A program made the translations under genes and the position numbers. Positions 20,680 to 32,801 of a stretch of 64,000 nucleotides of DNA are shown here, one piece after another. How positions within the stretch are numbered: position 1 is the first letter of the stretch; each line of letters opens with the position of its first letter. Location: assembly GCA_938011325.1 (NCBI GenBank), contig CALLUD010000013.1, forward strand, positions 7,461 through 71,460, written 5' to 3'. The stretch is from an uncultured Spartobacteria bacterium. Lineage in GTDB: Bacteria; Verrucomicrobiota; Verrucomicrobiia; Chthoniobacterales; JAATET01. Below the pieces are notes generated by a model that was given only the letters and a program-made list of their open reading frames with translations, ran no database searches and was not told where the DNA came from.

Positions 20680-21869
20680 CAGTCCTTCGTGACAGGGGTG
20701 GGAGTCGGAGTGGCATCCGCCTCGGGATCGGAGGCAATCTCCTGCGGATCCTCCTTGTAGGGCTGTGGATTAACCAGAGTTCCCTGTTTCACTTTCTGCG
20801 TGCCCTCGATGATCACCCGGTCCCCCGCTTCGAGGCCCTTGAGCACGATCTGGTCGCTGCCGGTGGTCGGACCGAGGGTCACCTCGCGAATATCCACCTT
20901 GTTCTGCGCATCCACCACGGCGAGCATTGGGATTCCCTGGAGATCGATGACGGCGCGCTGGGGAATCACCATCACACCTTTGTCGATGCGCGTCACGGCG
21001 GTCACGAGGCCGAACTGCCCTGGTCGCAGCAGATTGCCCGAGTTCGGGAACAAGCCCTCCATGAGCAACGATCCGGTGTCCATGCTCACCGTGTTATCGA
21101 CACTGGTGAGCTTCCCCTTCTCCGGATACAGCTCGCCGTTTGCCAGTTGCAGTGTCAGTTCCAGATTCGGCCCGCCGGCCTGTTTGCCGACCGGTGACTT
21201 CGACGGATCATCAAAGAATTGCGAGATGAATCGCACGTAATCCTGCTCGGGCACGGCGAATTTCACCTTGATCGGATCCACCTTCACCACCGTCGCGAGC
21301 ACGCCGCTCGAGGGGCCGACCAGATCGCCAACCTGCACCGTCGCGATGCTCGCGAGGCCCGAGACCGGCGCGACGATTTTTGTGAAGTTCAAATTCAGCT
21401 GCGCCTGTTCGACCTGGGCCGCCGCGGCGTCGTAGGCCGCCTTGCTCGCCTCGTAGGTCTGCATCTGGTCATCGTATTGCTGCTGGCTGATGACCTGCTT
21501 CGCATAAAGCTCGGTCGAGCGCTTGGCATTCAATTCCTCCGCCGTGAGCTTTGCCTGGGCCTGCGCCAGGGTCGCCTTCGCCTGATCCAGCGTCGCCTGG
21601 AATGTCCGCGGATCGATCTGGAACATCACCTCTCCGGCCTGCACGTAGGCGCCGTTTCGATAGAGCTGCGACTGCAGGTAGCCGGAAACCTGCGCGCGAA
21701 TCTCGGCATTCACATCCGCCACCAGCGACGCGACCCATGTCTGCGTGATGGGAACATCCTGCGGTTGCACCTCCATGACCTCCACCAACGGCGGCGGGGG
21801 CGCCTGAGGTTTTGGTTTCTCGCATCCGACAAAAGCCGCCATCAACGCGGTCGCGGTCGTCGTGAACAT
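20679..21869 (-). CDS. RND efflux periplasmic adaptor (membrane fusion protein) lipoprotein
   Basis: Preferred start is [16 protein letters not shown] (lipobox), complement of 21867-21869; the track start is 22049. It has coiled-coil and beta-barrel regions typical of AcrA/MexA. Its stop overlaps the RND start by 1 nt. Confidence 0.88.
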   Translation of the reverse strand: MFTTTATALMAAFVGCEKPKPQAPPPPLVEVMEVQPQDVPITQTWVASLVADVNAEIRAQVSGYLQSQLYRNGAYVQAGEVMFQIDPRTFQATLDQAKATLAQAQAKLTAEELNAKRSTELYAKQVISQQQYDDQMQTYEASKAAYDAAAAQVEQAQLNLNFTKIVAPVSGLASIATVQVGDLVGPSSGVLATVVKVDPIKVKFAVPEQDYVRFISQFFDDPSKSPVGKQAGGPNLELTLQLANGELYPEKGKLTSVDNTVSMDTGSLLMEGLFPNSGNLLRPGQFGLVTAVTRIDKGVMVIPQRAVIDLQGIPMLAVVDAQNKVDIREVTLGPTTGSDQIVLKGLEAGDRVIIEGTQKVKQGTLVNPQPYKEDPQEIASDPEADATPTPTPVTKD

Positions 21870-22010
21870 CAATGTTGGCGCCCTGAAAACGCGCCGGGGG
21901 TGGCCGGTTGCCGCTTGCACGCTGAATCCCTTAACAACCGGTTGGGACTTCGGGAATGAAAAAGAGAAACGCTTGCCCTCGCGCAAGCCGGTTTCAAGCG
22001 GTCTTTTGCA

Positions 22011-22039
22011 TTGGCACGCACTTTGCCGCCTTGCATAAT
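22011..22039 (+). promoter_or_regulatory. Sigma70-like promoter candidate for the EAL gene
   Basis: TTGGCA (22011-22016), 17-nt spacer, CATAAT (22034-22039), 12 nt before the ATG at 22052. Confidence 0.5.
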
Positions 22040-22051
22040 GCCCGCTCATCC

Positions 22052-23689
22052 ATGCGGAATCGCACAGCCATCCGCCTTTTGTATGTGCTTGCGGTCCTCG
22101 CCGGCATTGTTCCTCCCATCCTTTTCCTCGCCTACGCCTTCCGGCAAAGCGCAGCGCAGGTCGAGCGGGAGATGGACTTTGTGGGCGCCGGCACCGTTGT
22201 GCGCAGTGAATCGGTCGTCGACACCGTCGCGAGCACGCTGCGAAAAGTGGCCACGATCACGCAGGGCAACATCGACGAGTCCACGATCACCACGCTGCGT
22301 CAGGCGGTGTTTCTCGATCGCTATGTGCAGGCGATCGGCATTCGCAACGGCGACAAGCTTGTCTGCACGAGTGAACATTCGCTGATCACCGAAGTGGTCG
22401 ATTCCACGGCGGGCCAGCTCCCGCCAAAAGGCAGTTTCAAAATTGCCGGCCCCGTGGATCGCGATTTTCCGGGCCGCTCGATGGTGCTGCTCTATGCGTT
22501 CGACGAAGATCGCGCAATCGAGGGTCTGGTGAATCCGCAGATCTTCACCGAGTTCTTCGATCACTATGCGCTGGAGTCCAATTGCCGCGTGTTCGTTTAT
22601 TTCGCCGGCAATGCCATCGCGAGTTTCGGCGCGGAGGGATTGACCGTTCCCAACGGCGTGAACCTGGACTCCGACGAATCCCTGCAATGGATCGGCAACC
22701 GGCTCGTGCATATCGCGCGCTCCGACAAATATCCGATCTACACGATCACCGTCGCCAACTCGTCGCTCGTGATGTCGCGCTGGACGCGCAGTGCCACGGA
22801 GTTTGCAATCGCGGGCATTCTTGTCTCGGCGCTGCTTGCATGGCTGGTGATTCGCGTCGCCCAGCGCACGCAATCCCTCGAAGCCGACCTCCGCGAGGCC
22901 GTGCGCTATCACGAGCTCGAGGTGCATTATCAGCCGATCGTCGATCTCGAGACGGGGCGCTGCAAAGGCGCGGAAGCTCTCATGCGCTGGCGGCATCCGC
23001 GCCGCGGCATGATTCCCGCGGCCGAGTTCATCGACGTCGCCGAGCGCACGGGCCTCATTGTGCCAATGACGGAGGTGCTCCTGCACCGGATCGCCAGGGA
23101 GTTTGCCCCGTTGCTCGAGGACAATCCCGACATGACGATTGGAATCAATCTCGCACCACAGCATTTCGTCACCACGACGATCATCGATTCCGTAAAACGG
23201 ACGCTCGGCCGCTGCATTCCACCGGAGCAGATCGTTTTCGAAATCACCGAGCGCGGACTCGTCGCGGAGGAAGACTCGATCGCGCACACGGTCATGACCG
23301 GCCTGAGCGCAAGCGGCGCAAAACTCGCCGTGGACGACTTCGGCACCGGCTATTCGAGTTTGAGCTACCTGCAGCGTTTCCCGCTGGATTTTCTCAAGAT
23401 CGACAAGGCGTTCGTCGACGGCATCGAGTCGGAAACGACCAGCTCCGGACTCGTCGATCAAATCATCCGCATCGCCGACTCGCTGAACATGGCGGTCGTC
23501 GCCGAGGGCGTCGAGCATGCCTGCCAGGCGGTCTATTTGAAAAACCATGGCGTGCGCCTCGCGCAGGGCTGGCACTTCGGCAAGCCGATGCCCATCGACG
23601 AATTCCGAAAATTCGTGCTCACGCGAAACTCGCCGACCACACGCGTGCCGCAGAAGACCGACCCGGCCGTCGCGACTCCGAGAACCTAG
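22052..23689 (+). CDS. Membrane-bound cyclic-di-GMP phosphodiesterase (EAL domain) with periplasmic sensor domain
   Basis: Preferred start MRNRTAIRLLYVLAVLAG (TM1), then a periplasmic region, then TM2. The EAL domain has YQPIVDL, GAEALMRW, DDFGTGYSSLSYL and KIDKAFV. The N-terminal region resembles CSS-motif sensor domains. Confidence 0.88.
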   Translation: MRNRTAIRLLYVLAVLAGIVPPILFLAYAFRQSAAQVEREMDFVGAGTVVRSESVVDTVASTLRKVATITQGNIDESTITTLRQAVFLDRYVQAIGIRNGDKLVCTSEHSLITEVVDSTAGQLPPKGSFKIAGPVDRDFPGRSMVLLYAFDEDRAIEGLVNPQIFTEFFDHYALESNCRVFVYFAGNAIASFGAEGLTVPNGVNLDSDESLQWIGNRLVHIARSDKYPIYTITVANSSLVMSRWTRSATEFAIAGILVSALLAWLVIRVAQRTQSLEADLREAVRYHELEVHYQPIVDLETGRCKGAEALMRWRHPRRGMIPAAEFIDVAERTGLIVPMTEVLLHRIAREFAPLLEDNPDMTIGINLAPQHFVTTTIIDSVKRTLGRCIPPEQIVFEITERGLVAEEDSIAHTVMTGLSASGAKLAVDDFGTGYSSLSYLQRFPLDFLKIDKAFVDGIESETTSSGLVDQIIRIADSLNMAVVAEGVEHACQAVYLKNHGVRLAQGWHFGKPMPIDEFRKFVLTRNSPTTRVPQKTDPAVATPRT

Positions 23690-25101
23690 ACGAATTTCCC
23701 GGGATTCAGGATTGCCTGCGGGTCCACGGCGTTCTTGATGGCCGCGTGAAGCGCGCGGCCTTCCGCCGGCACAGCCTGGTCCCACCAGCGAAGTTTGGCG
23801 AGGCCGACTCCGTGTTCGCCCGTGATTGCTCCGCCCCACTCCAGCACCTTCGCAAAAAGCTCATCGAGCACCCGCTCCACCGCGTCGTGAACTTCGGGCT
23901 TCCCGTAATCCGCGGCCATGACGTTCACGTGGATGTTGCCATCACCGGCATGGCCGAAGCACGCGACGGGAAATCCCGATCGTTTCTCGAGCTTGCGGCA
24001 GAACGCGACGAGATCGACGAGACGTCCGCGTGGCACCACGATGTCTTCGTTCAATTTTGTGAGCCCAGTGGCTTTCAGCGAGTTCGAGAAATTTCGCCGC
24101 AACTGCCAGAGCGCCTCACACGCAGCCTCGTCGAAGGCCAGGTCGATCTGCGTTGCGCCCATCTCCTTCAACACTTTCGAGATCGCGCGTGTCTCCGACT
24201 TCACGCTTTCAAGTTGTCCATCAAGCTCGATGAGCACATGTGCGTCGCCGGGAGGAATGTTCGCCTCGGGGAAGCAGGCGCGCCCGGCCTCGAGCGTGAA
24301 TCGATCCGCCACTTCCATCACCGCCGGAAGATGCCCGCGCTGGAACACGGCCTGTATCGCCGCCGCCGCCGCACGCATGGAACGAAACCCGGCGGAAAGG
24401 ACATTGCGCGCGGGCGGGTGCGGCAGCAGACGCAGCGTCGCCTCCGTGACGATCCCGAGCAATCCCTCCGAGCCGACGAAAAGACCCGTGAGGTCGAACC
24501 CCGTCTTGTTCTTGTGGACGCGGCCACCGGTGCGCACGACCGTTCCATCCGCCAGCACGACCTCCAGTCCGAGAACGTAATTCCGCGTGACGCCGTATTT
24601 GAGACAGCGCGGACCACCGGCATTCGTCGCGATGTTTCCGCCGATGCTGCAGTCCTTCAAACTGGCGGGATCGGGCGGATAGAACAGCCCCCTGCGCCGC
24701 GCCCGCTCCTGCAACGCTCCGGTGATCACACCCGGTTGCACGCGGGCGACAAAATCCTTCGGATGAATTTCGAGAATTTTGTTCATCCGCATCATGTTGA
24801 TCACGATGCCGCCCCGCTCCGGCACACATCCGCCGACGTATCCATAGCCCGCGCCGCGCGTCGTTACGGGAATCCCGAGACTGCTGGCGATGCGCATCAC
24901 GGCCGCCACATCCGCTGTTGAACCGGGGAAAATCACGCCCTCCGGCCGGCGCGCCGCGAACCACTTGTCACCCGCGGCCTGCTCCAACGCCGCGGCATCC
25001 GTCCGCACCGCATCCGCGCCAATGGCATTCCGCAACTTGCGAAGGGCCGTCGCCCATGCACGATCTTTCATGGACAGCAGACTTCCCCGTGCGCAGGACA
25101 T
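23686..25101 (-). CDS. FAD-binding oxidoreductase (GlcD / D-lactate dehydrogenase family)
   Basis: 471 aa. FAD_binding_4-like VIFPGSTADVAAVMRIASSLGIPVTTRGAGYGYVGG and C-terminal GAITGEHGVGLAK. An alternative start at MKDRAW lies 10 codons in. Confidence 0.88.
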   Translation of the reverse strand: MSCARGSLLSMKDRAWATALRKLRNAIGADAVRTDAAALEQAAGDKWFAARRPEGVIFPGSTADVAAVMRIASSLGIPVTTRGAGYGYVGGCVPERGGIVINMMRMNKILEIHPKDFVARVQPGVITGALQERARRRGLFYPPDPASLKDCSIGGNIATNAGGPRCLKYGVTRNYVLGLEVVLADGTVVRTGGRVHKNKTGFDLTGLFVGSEGLLGIVTEATLRLLPHPPARNVLSAGFRSMRAAAAAIQAVFQRGHLPAVMEVADRFTLEAGRACFPEANIPPGDAHVLIELDGQLESVKSETRAISKVLKEMGATQIDLAFDEAACEALWQLRRNFSNSLKATGLTKLNEDIVVPRGRLVDLVAFCRKLEKRSGFPVACFGHAGDGNIHVNVMAADYGKPEVHDAVERVLDELFAKVLEWGGAITGEHGVGLAKLRWWDQAVPAEGRALHAAIKNAVDPQAILNPGKFV

Positions 25102-25203
25102 GTTGTCACGAAAAAATCGTCAGGCCTTTGGTGAAACTCAGCGTTTCCGGGCGGGTTATTTGTTGAACGGCGAATCCCCGGTGCCAACATCCCGCCACCC
25201 CTT

Positions 25204-26688
25204 ATGAAGTCCCGCTCCTCCATCTCGAATCCCCGCCTGTCATGGACACGCCTTGGACACGCGCTGCTCCTCGCGATGATTGGGATTCCGACGGCTCTCG
25301 TTGCGCAACAGGAACCTGCCGCAGAACTCACGATGCAGGACGTGGCCGCGAACCGCTTGCTCTGGCCGCCGCAGGTTCAACTCACGAGGCCGCTCACTCT
25401 TCCCATCGTTGTCAACGGAAAGACCGTCGGAAATGCAAACCACGCCGCAGGCGTGTCGTTCCGCGTCGTCCGGGTGTCCGAAGATTCGGTCGAGGTTTCC
25501 CTGCAAGGCACGAACACGACGATTCCGGCGGACGCCACAAACGTGCTCGAACTCGCCCGCGAGCGACAGCAGAAGATTCTCTCCCGCCCCACACCTCCTC
25601 CCCAGGTCGCCGCCACCCCCAGGCCCACCCCGGAGCCCACCCCCGAAGCCGCAGCATCCGGAAAGTATCTCGCCATGGCGCAGGAGGTCATGGCGGACAT
25701 CCAGAATCGTTTCTACGACGCGGGCGCCGGGCTCTACCGAGCCAAGGAGGACGGCGATCACGACATGATGTGGGGCAATGGCGTGATGTTCTCCGCCGTC
25801 GTCGCGGCGGCGCGTCATGATCCGGGCAAATACCGCAACGTGATGATCAAGTTCTTCGAGGCGATGGACGCCTACTGGGACACGAAGGTGAAGATTCCCG
25901 GCTACGAGCCCGCGAAGACCGCCGGCGGCGGGAACGACAAATACTACGACGACAACGCGTGGATGGTCATCACGTTCATGGAAGCCTATGCACTGACGAA
26001 CCAGCCGCGATTCAAGCGCCGTGCCGAGGAGACGCTGGAATTTGTTCTCAGCGGCTGGGACGACAAGCTCGGTGGCGGCATCTACTGGCACGAGCAGCAC
26101 AAGGGAAATGGCAAGAACACCTGCTCGAACGGCCCCGCCGCCGTCGGCTGCCTCGCCCTCGCGCCCTACCAGACCGCGGCGAAGTCGAAGGAACTCATCG
26201 ACTGGGCAAAGCGGATCGTCGAGTGGACGACGAAAACGTTCCAAGGGTCGAACGGGCTGTTCGGCGATTCCATCAATGTCGAGACGAAGGAAAAGAACAT
26301 GGGGCAGCTCACCTACAATTCCGGGTTGATGCTGCGCGCGAACCTCGGCCTGTATCGCCAGACCGGAGATCGTGCCTACCTGCGGGCCGCGCAGAAGATC
26401 GGCGAGGCCGGGAGGCATTTCCTGAACGATCACGGCGTCTACCGCGACGTGCCGAAGTTCTCGCACCTCATGATCGAGGCCGACCTCGAACTCTATCGCG
26501 AGACGAAGGATCGTTATCTCATCAAGCGGGCCCGCGACAACGCGGACGCACTTTACGAAAAGTGGAAGACGGATCCTCCGGAGGAAATGATCGAGAATGC
26601 CGCAATCGCGCGCACCTTATGGCTGATGGCTGACATGGAGACGGACGTCGGGCGCAAGTTTCACGCGCAGGTCGAGAAGAAGCGCTGA
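25204..26688 (+). CDS. Secreted glycoside hydrolase family 76-like protein (alpha-1,6-mannanase-like)
   Basis: 494 aa. Signal peptide, a small N-terminal domain, and a Pro-rich linker (PTPPPQVAATPRPTPEPTPE). The GH76-like core has YYDDNAWMVITFMEAY, GGGIYWHE and TCSNGPAAV. Confidence 0.75.
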   Translation: MKSRSSISNPRLSWTRLGHALLLAMIGIPTALVAQQEPAAELTMQDVAANRLLWPPQVQLTRPLTLPIVVNGKTVGNANHAAGVSFRVVRVSEDSVEVSLQGTNTTIPADATNVLELARERQQKILSRPTPPPQVAATPRPTPEPTPEAAASGKYLAMAQEVMADIQNRFYDAGAGLYRAKEDGDHDMMWGNGVMFSAVVAAARHDPGKYRNVMIKFFEAMDAYWDTKVKIPGYEPAKTAGGGNDKYYDDNAWMVITFMEAYALTNQPRFKRRAEETLEFVLSGWDDKLGGGIYWHEQHKGNGKNTCSNGPAAVGCLALAPYQTAAKSKELIDWAKRIVEWTTKTFQGSNGLFGDSINVETKEKNMGQLTYNSGLMLRANLGLYRQTGDRAYLRAAQKIGEAGRHFLNDHGVYRDVPKFSHLMIEADLELYRETKDRYLIKRARDNADALYEKWKTDPPEEMIENAAIARTLWLMADMETDVGRKFHAQVEKKR

Positions 26689-26692
26689 CGGA

Positions 26693-27277
26693 TCAGACGC
26701 GGCTCGAGGGGGAATTGGCGCGCCACTCCGCGATGCGGCGCACGGTGAAGTCGTAAAGCTTTCCGCCGAGAAAGTGACTGAATGCCGCGACGATGGCGCC
26801 CATGACGGTTCCACCGAGCATGAGGACGACCGGCGCGGCCTTGAGAATCTCCATCCAGGTCATTTCGTGGACCTGCTCGATAATCCCCGGCCTGCCGAGC
26901 AGGAAGGAGCCGATCACGAGCTGCGCATAGAGGAATGGAGCGAAGGTGAAGGGATTCGTGATCCAGCAACCGGCGATCGCGACCGGAATGTTTGCCCGCA
27001 GCAGAATGGCGATCATCACGGCTGGCAGACTCTGCAGTGGAATCGGGATCTGCGAGAAGAAGCCGCCGATCGCGAGGCCCAGCGCGACGCCCTGCCGGTC
27101 GAAGTGCCACAAATGCGGATCGAGCAGTCGATCGCCGAACGTGCGATGCAGCCACGAACCGCGCATGTGTTTTACACGCGGGAGATGTCGGAGATACTTC
27201 CCGACGGGACTGCGGCGCCACAAATGAGGTTTCACGGAATCGCTACGAGAAACTGACTGCCACCAAAGCGCAACCAC
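26693..27277 (-). CDS. DUF2062-family membrane protein
   Basis: 194 aa. Contains GVALGLAIGGFFSQIPIPLQSLPAVMIAILLRANIPVAIAGCWITNPFT, which matches my recollection of DUF2062. Confidence 0.65.
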   Translation of the reverse strand: MVALWWQSVSRSDSVKPHLWRRSPVGKYLRHLPRVKHMRGSWLHRTFGDRLLDPHLWHFDRQGVALGLAIGGFFSQIPIPLQSLPAVMIAILLRANIPVAIAGCWITNPFTFAPFLYAQLVIGSFLLGRPGIIEQVHEMTWMEILKAAPVVLMLGGTVMGAIVAAFSHFLGGKLYDFTVRRIAEWRANSPSSRV

Positions 27278-27312
27278 GATGTCCGCTTGCCACCCTTCGG
27301 GCTTTTCGGTAA

Positions 27313-27663
<351 letters not shown>

Positions 27664-27724
27664 CGACGTTTTTTCCGCGTTGCCCTCCGCTTTCGGCGGG
27701 TCTCGCGAAGTTTTCTAGTCCCGC

Positions 27725-28570
27725 ATGGAGTGGTGGCACGCCCTCATCCTCGGCATCGTCGAGGGAGTTACGGAATATCTGCCGGTCAGCTCGACCGGTC
27801 ATCTTTTGCTCGCGCAACGCCTGCTCGGCATCGAGTCGAGCGATTCGGCGGACGCTTTTGCGATCTGCATTCAATCCGGCGCGATTCTCGCCGTGCTCGG
27901 ACTCTATTTCCGCCGTGTCCGACAGATGGCGGTGGGTGTTCTCGGCCGGGACCCTGAGGGCCTCCGGCTCGCCATCAACATCATCGTCGCTTTTCTTCCG
28001 GCGGTTGTCGCCGGCCTCGTGCTGGAAAAGCCGATCAAGAAATACCTCTTTGGAGGAGAGGAATTCGGGCTCTGGCCGATCGTTGCCGCCTGGTTTGTGG
28101 GCGGCGTCGCCATCCTCGCCGTGGTCTGGTTTCGACGAAGCCGCGCGGTCGTCATGCGCAAGCCGCTCGGCATCGTGGACCTCACGGTGAAATCCGCCCT
28201 GATCATTGGCGTGATCCAGTGCCTTGCCATGTGGCCCGGGGTGAGTCGCAGTCTGGTAACCATCGTCGGCGGCCTGCTGGTCGGCCTTGGGCTGCCGGCG
28301 GCCGTGGAGTTCAGTTTTCTGCTCGGTGTGCTGACCCTCACCGCGGCGACCGCTTACGACGGCCTGAAATACGGCCAGGAAATGCTGGAGAGCTTCGGCC
28401 CGCTGCCGCTCGCGATCGGTCTCATCGCCTCATGGCTCAGCGCGGTGCTGGCCGTGAAATGGATGGTCGCCTACCTCAACCGTCACGGCATGGCGATCTT
28501 CGGATTTTATCGTATCGCGCTTGCCATTGTCGTGGCGGCCCTCATTCTGGCGGGAGTTTTTCAAGGTTGA
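27725..28570 (+). CDS. uppP: Undecaprenyl-diphosphate phosphatase
   Basis: 281 aa. N-terminal GIVEGVTEYLPVSSTGHL and PGVSRS motifs of BacA/UppP. Confidence 0.92.
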   Translation: MEWWHALILGIVEGVTEYLPVSSTGHLLLAQRLLGIESSDSADAFAICIQSGAILAVLGLYFRRVRQMAVGVLGRDPEGLRLAINIIVAFLPAVVAGLVLEKPIKKYLFGGEEFGLWPIVAAWFVGGVAILAVVWFRRSRAVVMRKPLGIVDLTVKSALIIGVIQCLAMWPGVSRSLVTIVGGLLVGLGLPAAVEFSFLLGVLTLTAATAYDGLKYGQEMLESFGPLPLAIGLIASWLSAVLAVKWMVAYLNRHGMAIFGFYRIALAIVVAALILAGVFQG

Positions 28571-28574
28571 TTTC

Positions 28575-28961
28575 ATGATTCCAGACCTCCAGGCCTGCCT
28601 CCTCTGCGAAGATGTCCGTGCCGAAATGAGCGGCCAGCAAACGCTCGTCGGCATCATCGGTGCCATTCCCGCCCCCGTCCTCCCCGTCGCATTTTTCAAG
28701 CTCTGCGTGTGGACCCGCTGGTGCGGCGGCGTCGGCACCTTCAACCAGCGCACCCTGATCGTTGCCGGCGACGACGAACGCATCCTTGGCGAGGCGAAAG
28801 TGGAATTTCAGCTCGAGAGCGTCGAAGCCCACGCCACGAACGTGAACGTCTTCGGCGGCACGAAATTCGAGAAATACGGACTGCACCACATCGAGATTCA
28901 CCTCGACGATGAACTGCGTCTGCGAATCCCTCTGCCGGTCATTCAGGTCCAGCGCCGATGA
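28575..28961 (+). CDS. Small hypothetical protein
   Basis: Preferred start MIPDLQACLLCEDVRAE at 28575, 4 nt after the uppP stop; the track start is 28521. Beta-rich, with no named domain recognised. Confidence 0.55.
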   Translation: MIPDLQACLLCEDVRAEMSGQQTLVGIIGAIPAPVLPVAFFKLCVWTRWCGGVGTFNQRTLIVAGDDERILGEAKVEFQLESVEAHATNVNVFGGTKFEKYGLHHIEIHLDDELRLRIPLPVIQVQRR

Positions 28962-29042
28962 TTTGCCACCTCTCAATCTTTTTGCAATCCGGGCGCTCCG
29001 GCGCTTGCGCAACCCCCTGACACCGTTTACCCTCCCGCGATC

Positions 29043-29795
29043 ATGCGCAAAAACTGGTTCTGGCTCGCTCTAGCTGCCCTTGTGGCGACGCTGATAGCGG
29101 CTCCGAGCGAGCAGACGGCCCGCACGCGCATTGCTGACGGGTTCGACTTCCCGGTCGGAAAGCCCGATGCGGAAGGCTATTACAAGGCCCGCGGGTTCCG
29201 TCCGAACGGCCATCTTGGCGAGGATTGGAATGGTATCGGCGGTGGAAACACGGACCTTGGCGACCCGATTTACTCCATTGGCCACGGGATTGTCGTCTTT
29301 GCCCGCGACGTCCGGCTCGGCTGGGGCAATGTCGTGATTGTCCGCCATCTCATGCTCGAAAACGGCAAGCTCGTGCCGATTGACAGTCTCTACGGCCACC
29401 TCGACCGCATCATGGTGAAGGAAGGCCAGCAGGTGGTGCGGGGCCAGCAGGTGGGCACGATGGGCACCAACCGCGGCATGTATCCGGCCCATTTGCACTT
29501 CGAAATCCGGAAGAATATTTTCATCGGCATCAACCGATCCGCCTTCAAGCGTGACTTCAGCAATTACTACTCCCCCACCGACTTCATCAATCCCCGCCGC
29601 AAGCTCAACGGCGGAGGCCGCAGCGCTCTGGTGGCCATCAATACCTTCAACGATTCGAGGGTTTTCAGCGCGCCTTCCCAGGGCACCGCAGTGAGCAAGG
29701 TTCAACGCGACACCGGGACGAATCGCATTCCGACGAAAAAGGAGCGTTCGACCGAATTCCGGGTGGATCGCTTCGGGGGTTTGGAGTCTCTTTGA
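29043..29795 (+). CDS. M23-family metallopeptidase
   Basis: 250 aa with a signal peptide. Contains GHLGEDWNG (HxxxD), then LYGHLDRIMVKEGQQVVRGQQVG and AHLHFEIR (HxH). Confidence 0.85.
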   Translation: MRKNWFWLALAALVATLIAAPSEQTARTRIADGFDFPVGKPDAEGYYKARGFRPNGHLGEDWNGIGGGNTDLGDPIYSIGHGIVVFARDVRLGWGNVVIVRHLMLENGKLVPIDSLYGHLDRIMVKEGQQVVRGQQVGTMGTNRGMYPAHLHFEIRKNIFIGINRSAFKRDFSNYYSPTDFINPRRKLNGGGRSALVAINTFNDSRVFSAPSQGTAVSKVQRDTGTNRIPTKKERSTEFRVDRFGGLESL

Positions 29796-29840
29796 CGCCG
29801 GATCCTGTGCGACTTCGCGCCTCCCGCTGAATCGTCTTTC

Positions 29841-31291
<1,451 letters not shown>

Positions 31292-31295
<4 letters not shown>

Positions 31296-32773
31296 TTTCC
31301 CGTCTTCGCCTCTTCGCGCTGGCGCTGGTCCTGCCGGTGGCCGCCATTCAAGCCGAGACCACTGCAGCAAAGGCCGATACCGACTCCGTGGTGCGGGTCA
31401 ACTCGACCAATCAGGCATTCAACTTTGTCCGCCCATGGATCAAGCGCCAGCCATTCACGCGGCGCGGCATCGGCGTCATCCTTCCCGGCAATCGCGTGCT
31501 CGTGACGGCGGAGCTCGTCGCCAATCACAACTACGTCGAGCTTGAGCGCGCAACGAGTTCCGAAAAATCGCCCGCCGAAGTCGTGCAGATTGACTACGAG
31601 TCGAATCTCGCGCTTCTCGAGCCGCAGATTCCGGGATTCCTCGACGACGCGAAACCCGTGCAGCTTGCGGACGACATTCGTGTCGGCAGCAGGGTGGAGA
31701 TCCTTCAGCTCGAAAGTTCCGACGCCATCGCGCTCACGCCCGGGGTGGTCACCACGATCACCGTGCTGCCGTATCCGATGGATGGCGTCGCCCTGCTCAT
31801 CTACAAGCTGAGCGTTCCGCTCCAGTATCGCGACAACAGCTTCACGATGCCGGTGTTCTCCGGCGACAAGCTGGCCGGTCTGCTCATGCGCTACGACATG
31901 CGTTCGCAGACCGCCGACATCGTGCCGGATGTCGTTATTTCCAGTTTCCTGCAGCGCGCCGCGAAGACGCCCTATCAAGGCTTTCCGCGTGCCGGCATCG
32001 CATTTGCCCCGACGCGGGATCCTCAATTCCGTCGCTATCTCGGAATGGCTCCCGGACAAAGCGGCGTTTACATCGTTTCCGTGCAGCATGGCAGCGCGGC
32101 GGAAAAAGCCGGCCTGCGCAAGGGCGACGTCCTGATGCGGATCGACGGCTACGACATCAACGAGGATGGCAACATCGAACATCCCCACTTCGGCCGCATT
32201 CCTTTCAGCCATCTCATTTCCACGGAGCATCTGCCCGGCGAGAAACTGCTGATGCACGTCTTCCGTGGCGGAACGGACTTCGATCTGGAATTGTCGCTGG
32301 AGCCGCGCGATCCGTCCACCGTGATCAGCGAGCCCCTGATTATGGACAAGGCGCCGCGTTATCTCATTCTGGGCGGCGTCGTGTTTCAGGAACTCTCCCG
32401 CTCCTATCTCCGCGAGTGGGGTGCGGACTGGAAGAACAGTGCTCCGCCACGCCTCGTTTACCTCGACGAATTCCAGGACGAACTTCCCGCCGATCGCGGC
32501 AAGATCGTCTTCATCAGCCAGATCCTCCCCGCCGACACCACGATTGGTTACGAGGATGTGGGCACAGTCGTCGTGGAGAAGGTCAACAACCGGGAAATCC
32601 GAAGCCTCGAGGATGTCGCGGAGGCGGTGAAGAATCCCGTCAACGGATTCCACAAGATCGAGCTCGAGTCCGACCCGGGCACGATCTACCTCGATCCCAA
32701 GGCTGTCGAGGAAGGCGCGGAAGCGCTGAAGGCGAGCTACGGACTGCCCGCGTTGCAAAACCTCGCCAGGTAA
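31292..32773 (+). CDS. S1C protease paralogue with a degenerate catalytic triad (predicted pseudoprotease) and a PDZ domain
   Basis: 493 aa. ATGA overlap with the upstream protease. Collinear alignment by eye gives VTAELVA in place of TNAHVV, ESNLALLE in place of DCDLAVLE, and RDNSFTMPV in place of PGNSGGPV. PDZ: GVYIVSVQHGSAAEKAGLRKGDVLMRIDG. Confidence 0.8.
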
Positions 32774-32801
32774 TCCGCTGCAACGGACGCAGCCGCGTCG
32801 A

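Noticed and set aside
22046-24921. 597-aa minus ORF (22046..23839) and 779-aa plus ORF (22582..24921)
   Set aside because: They are antisense or out-of-frame shadows of the EAL and FAD-oxidase genes. Both are extremely Arg-rich and lack recognisable domains.
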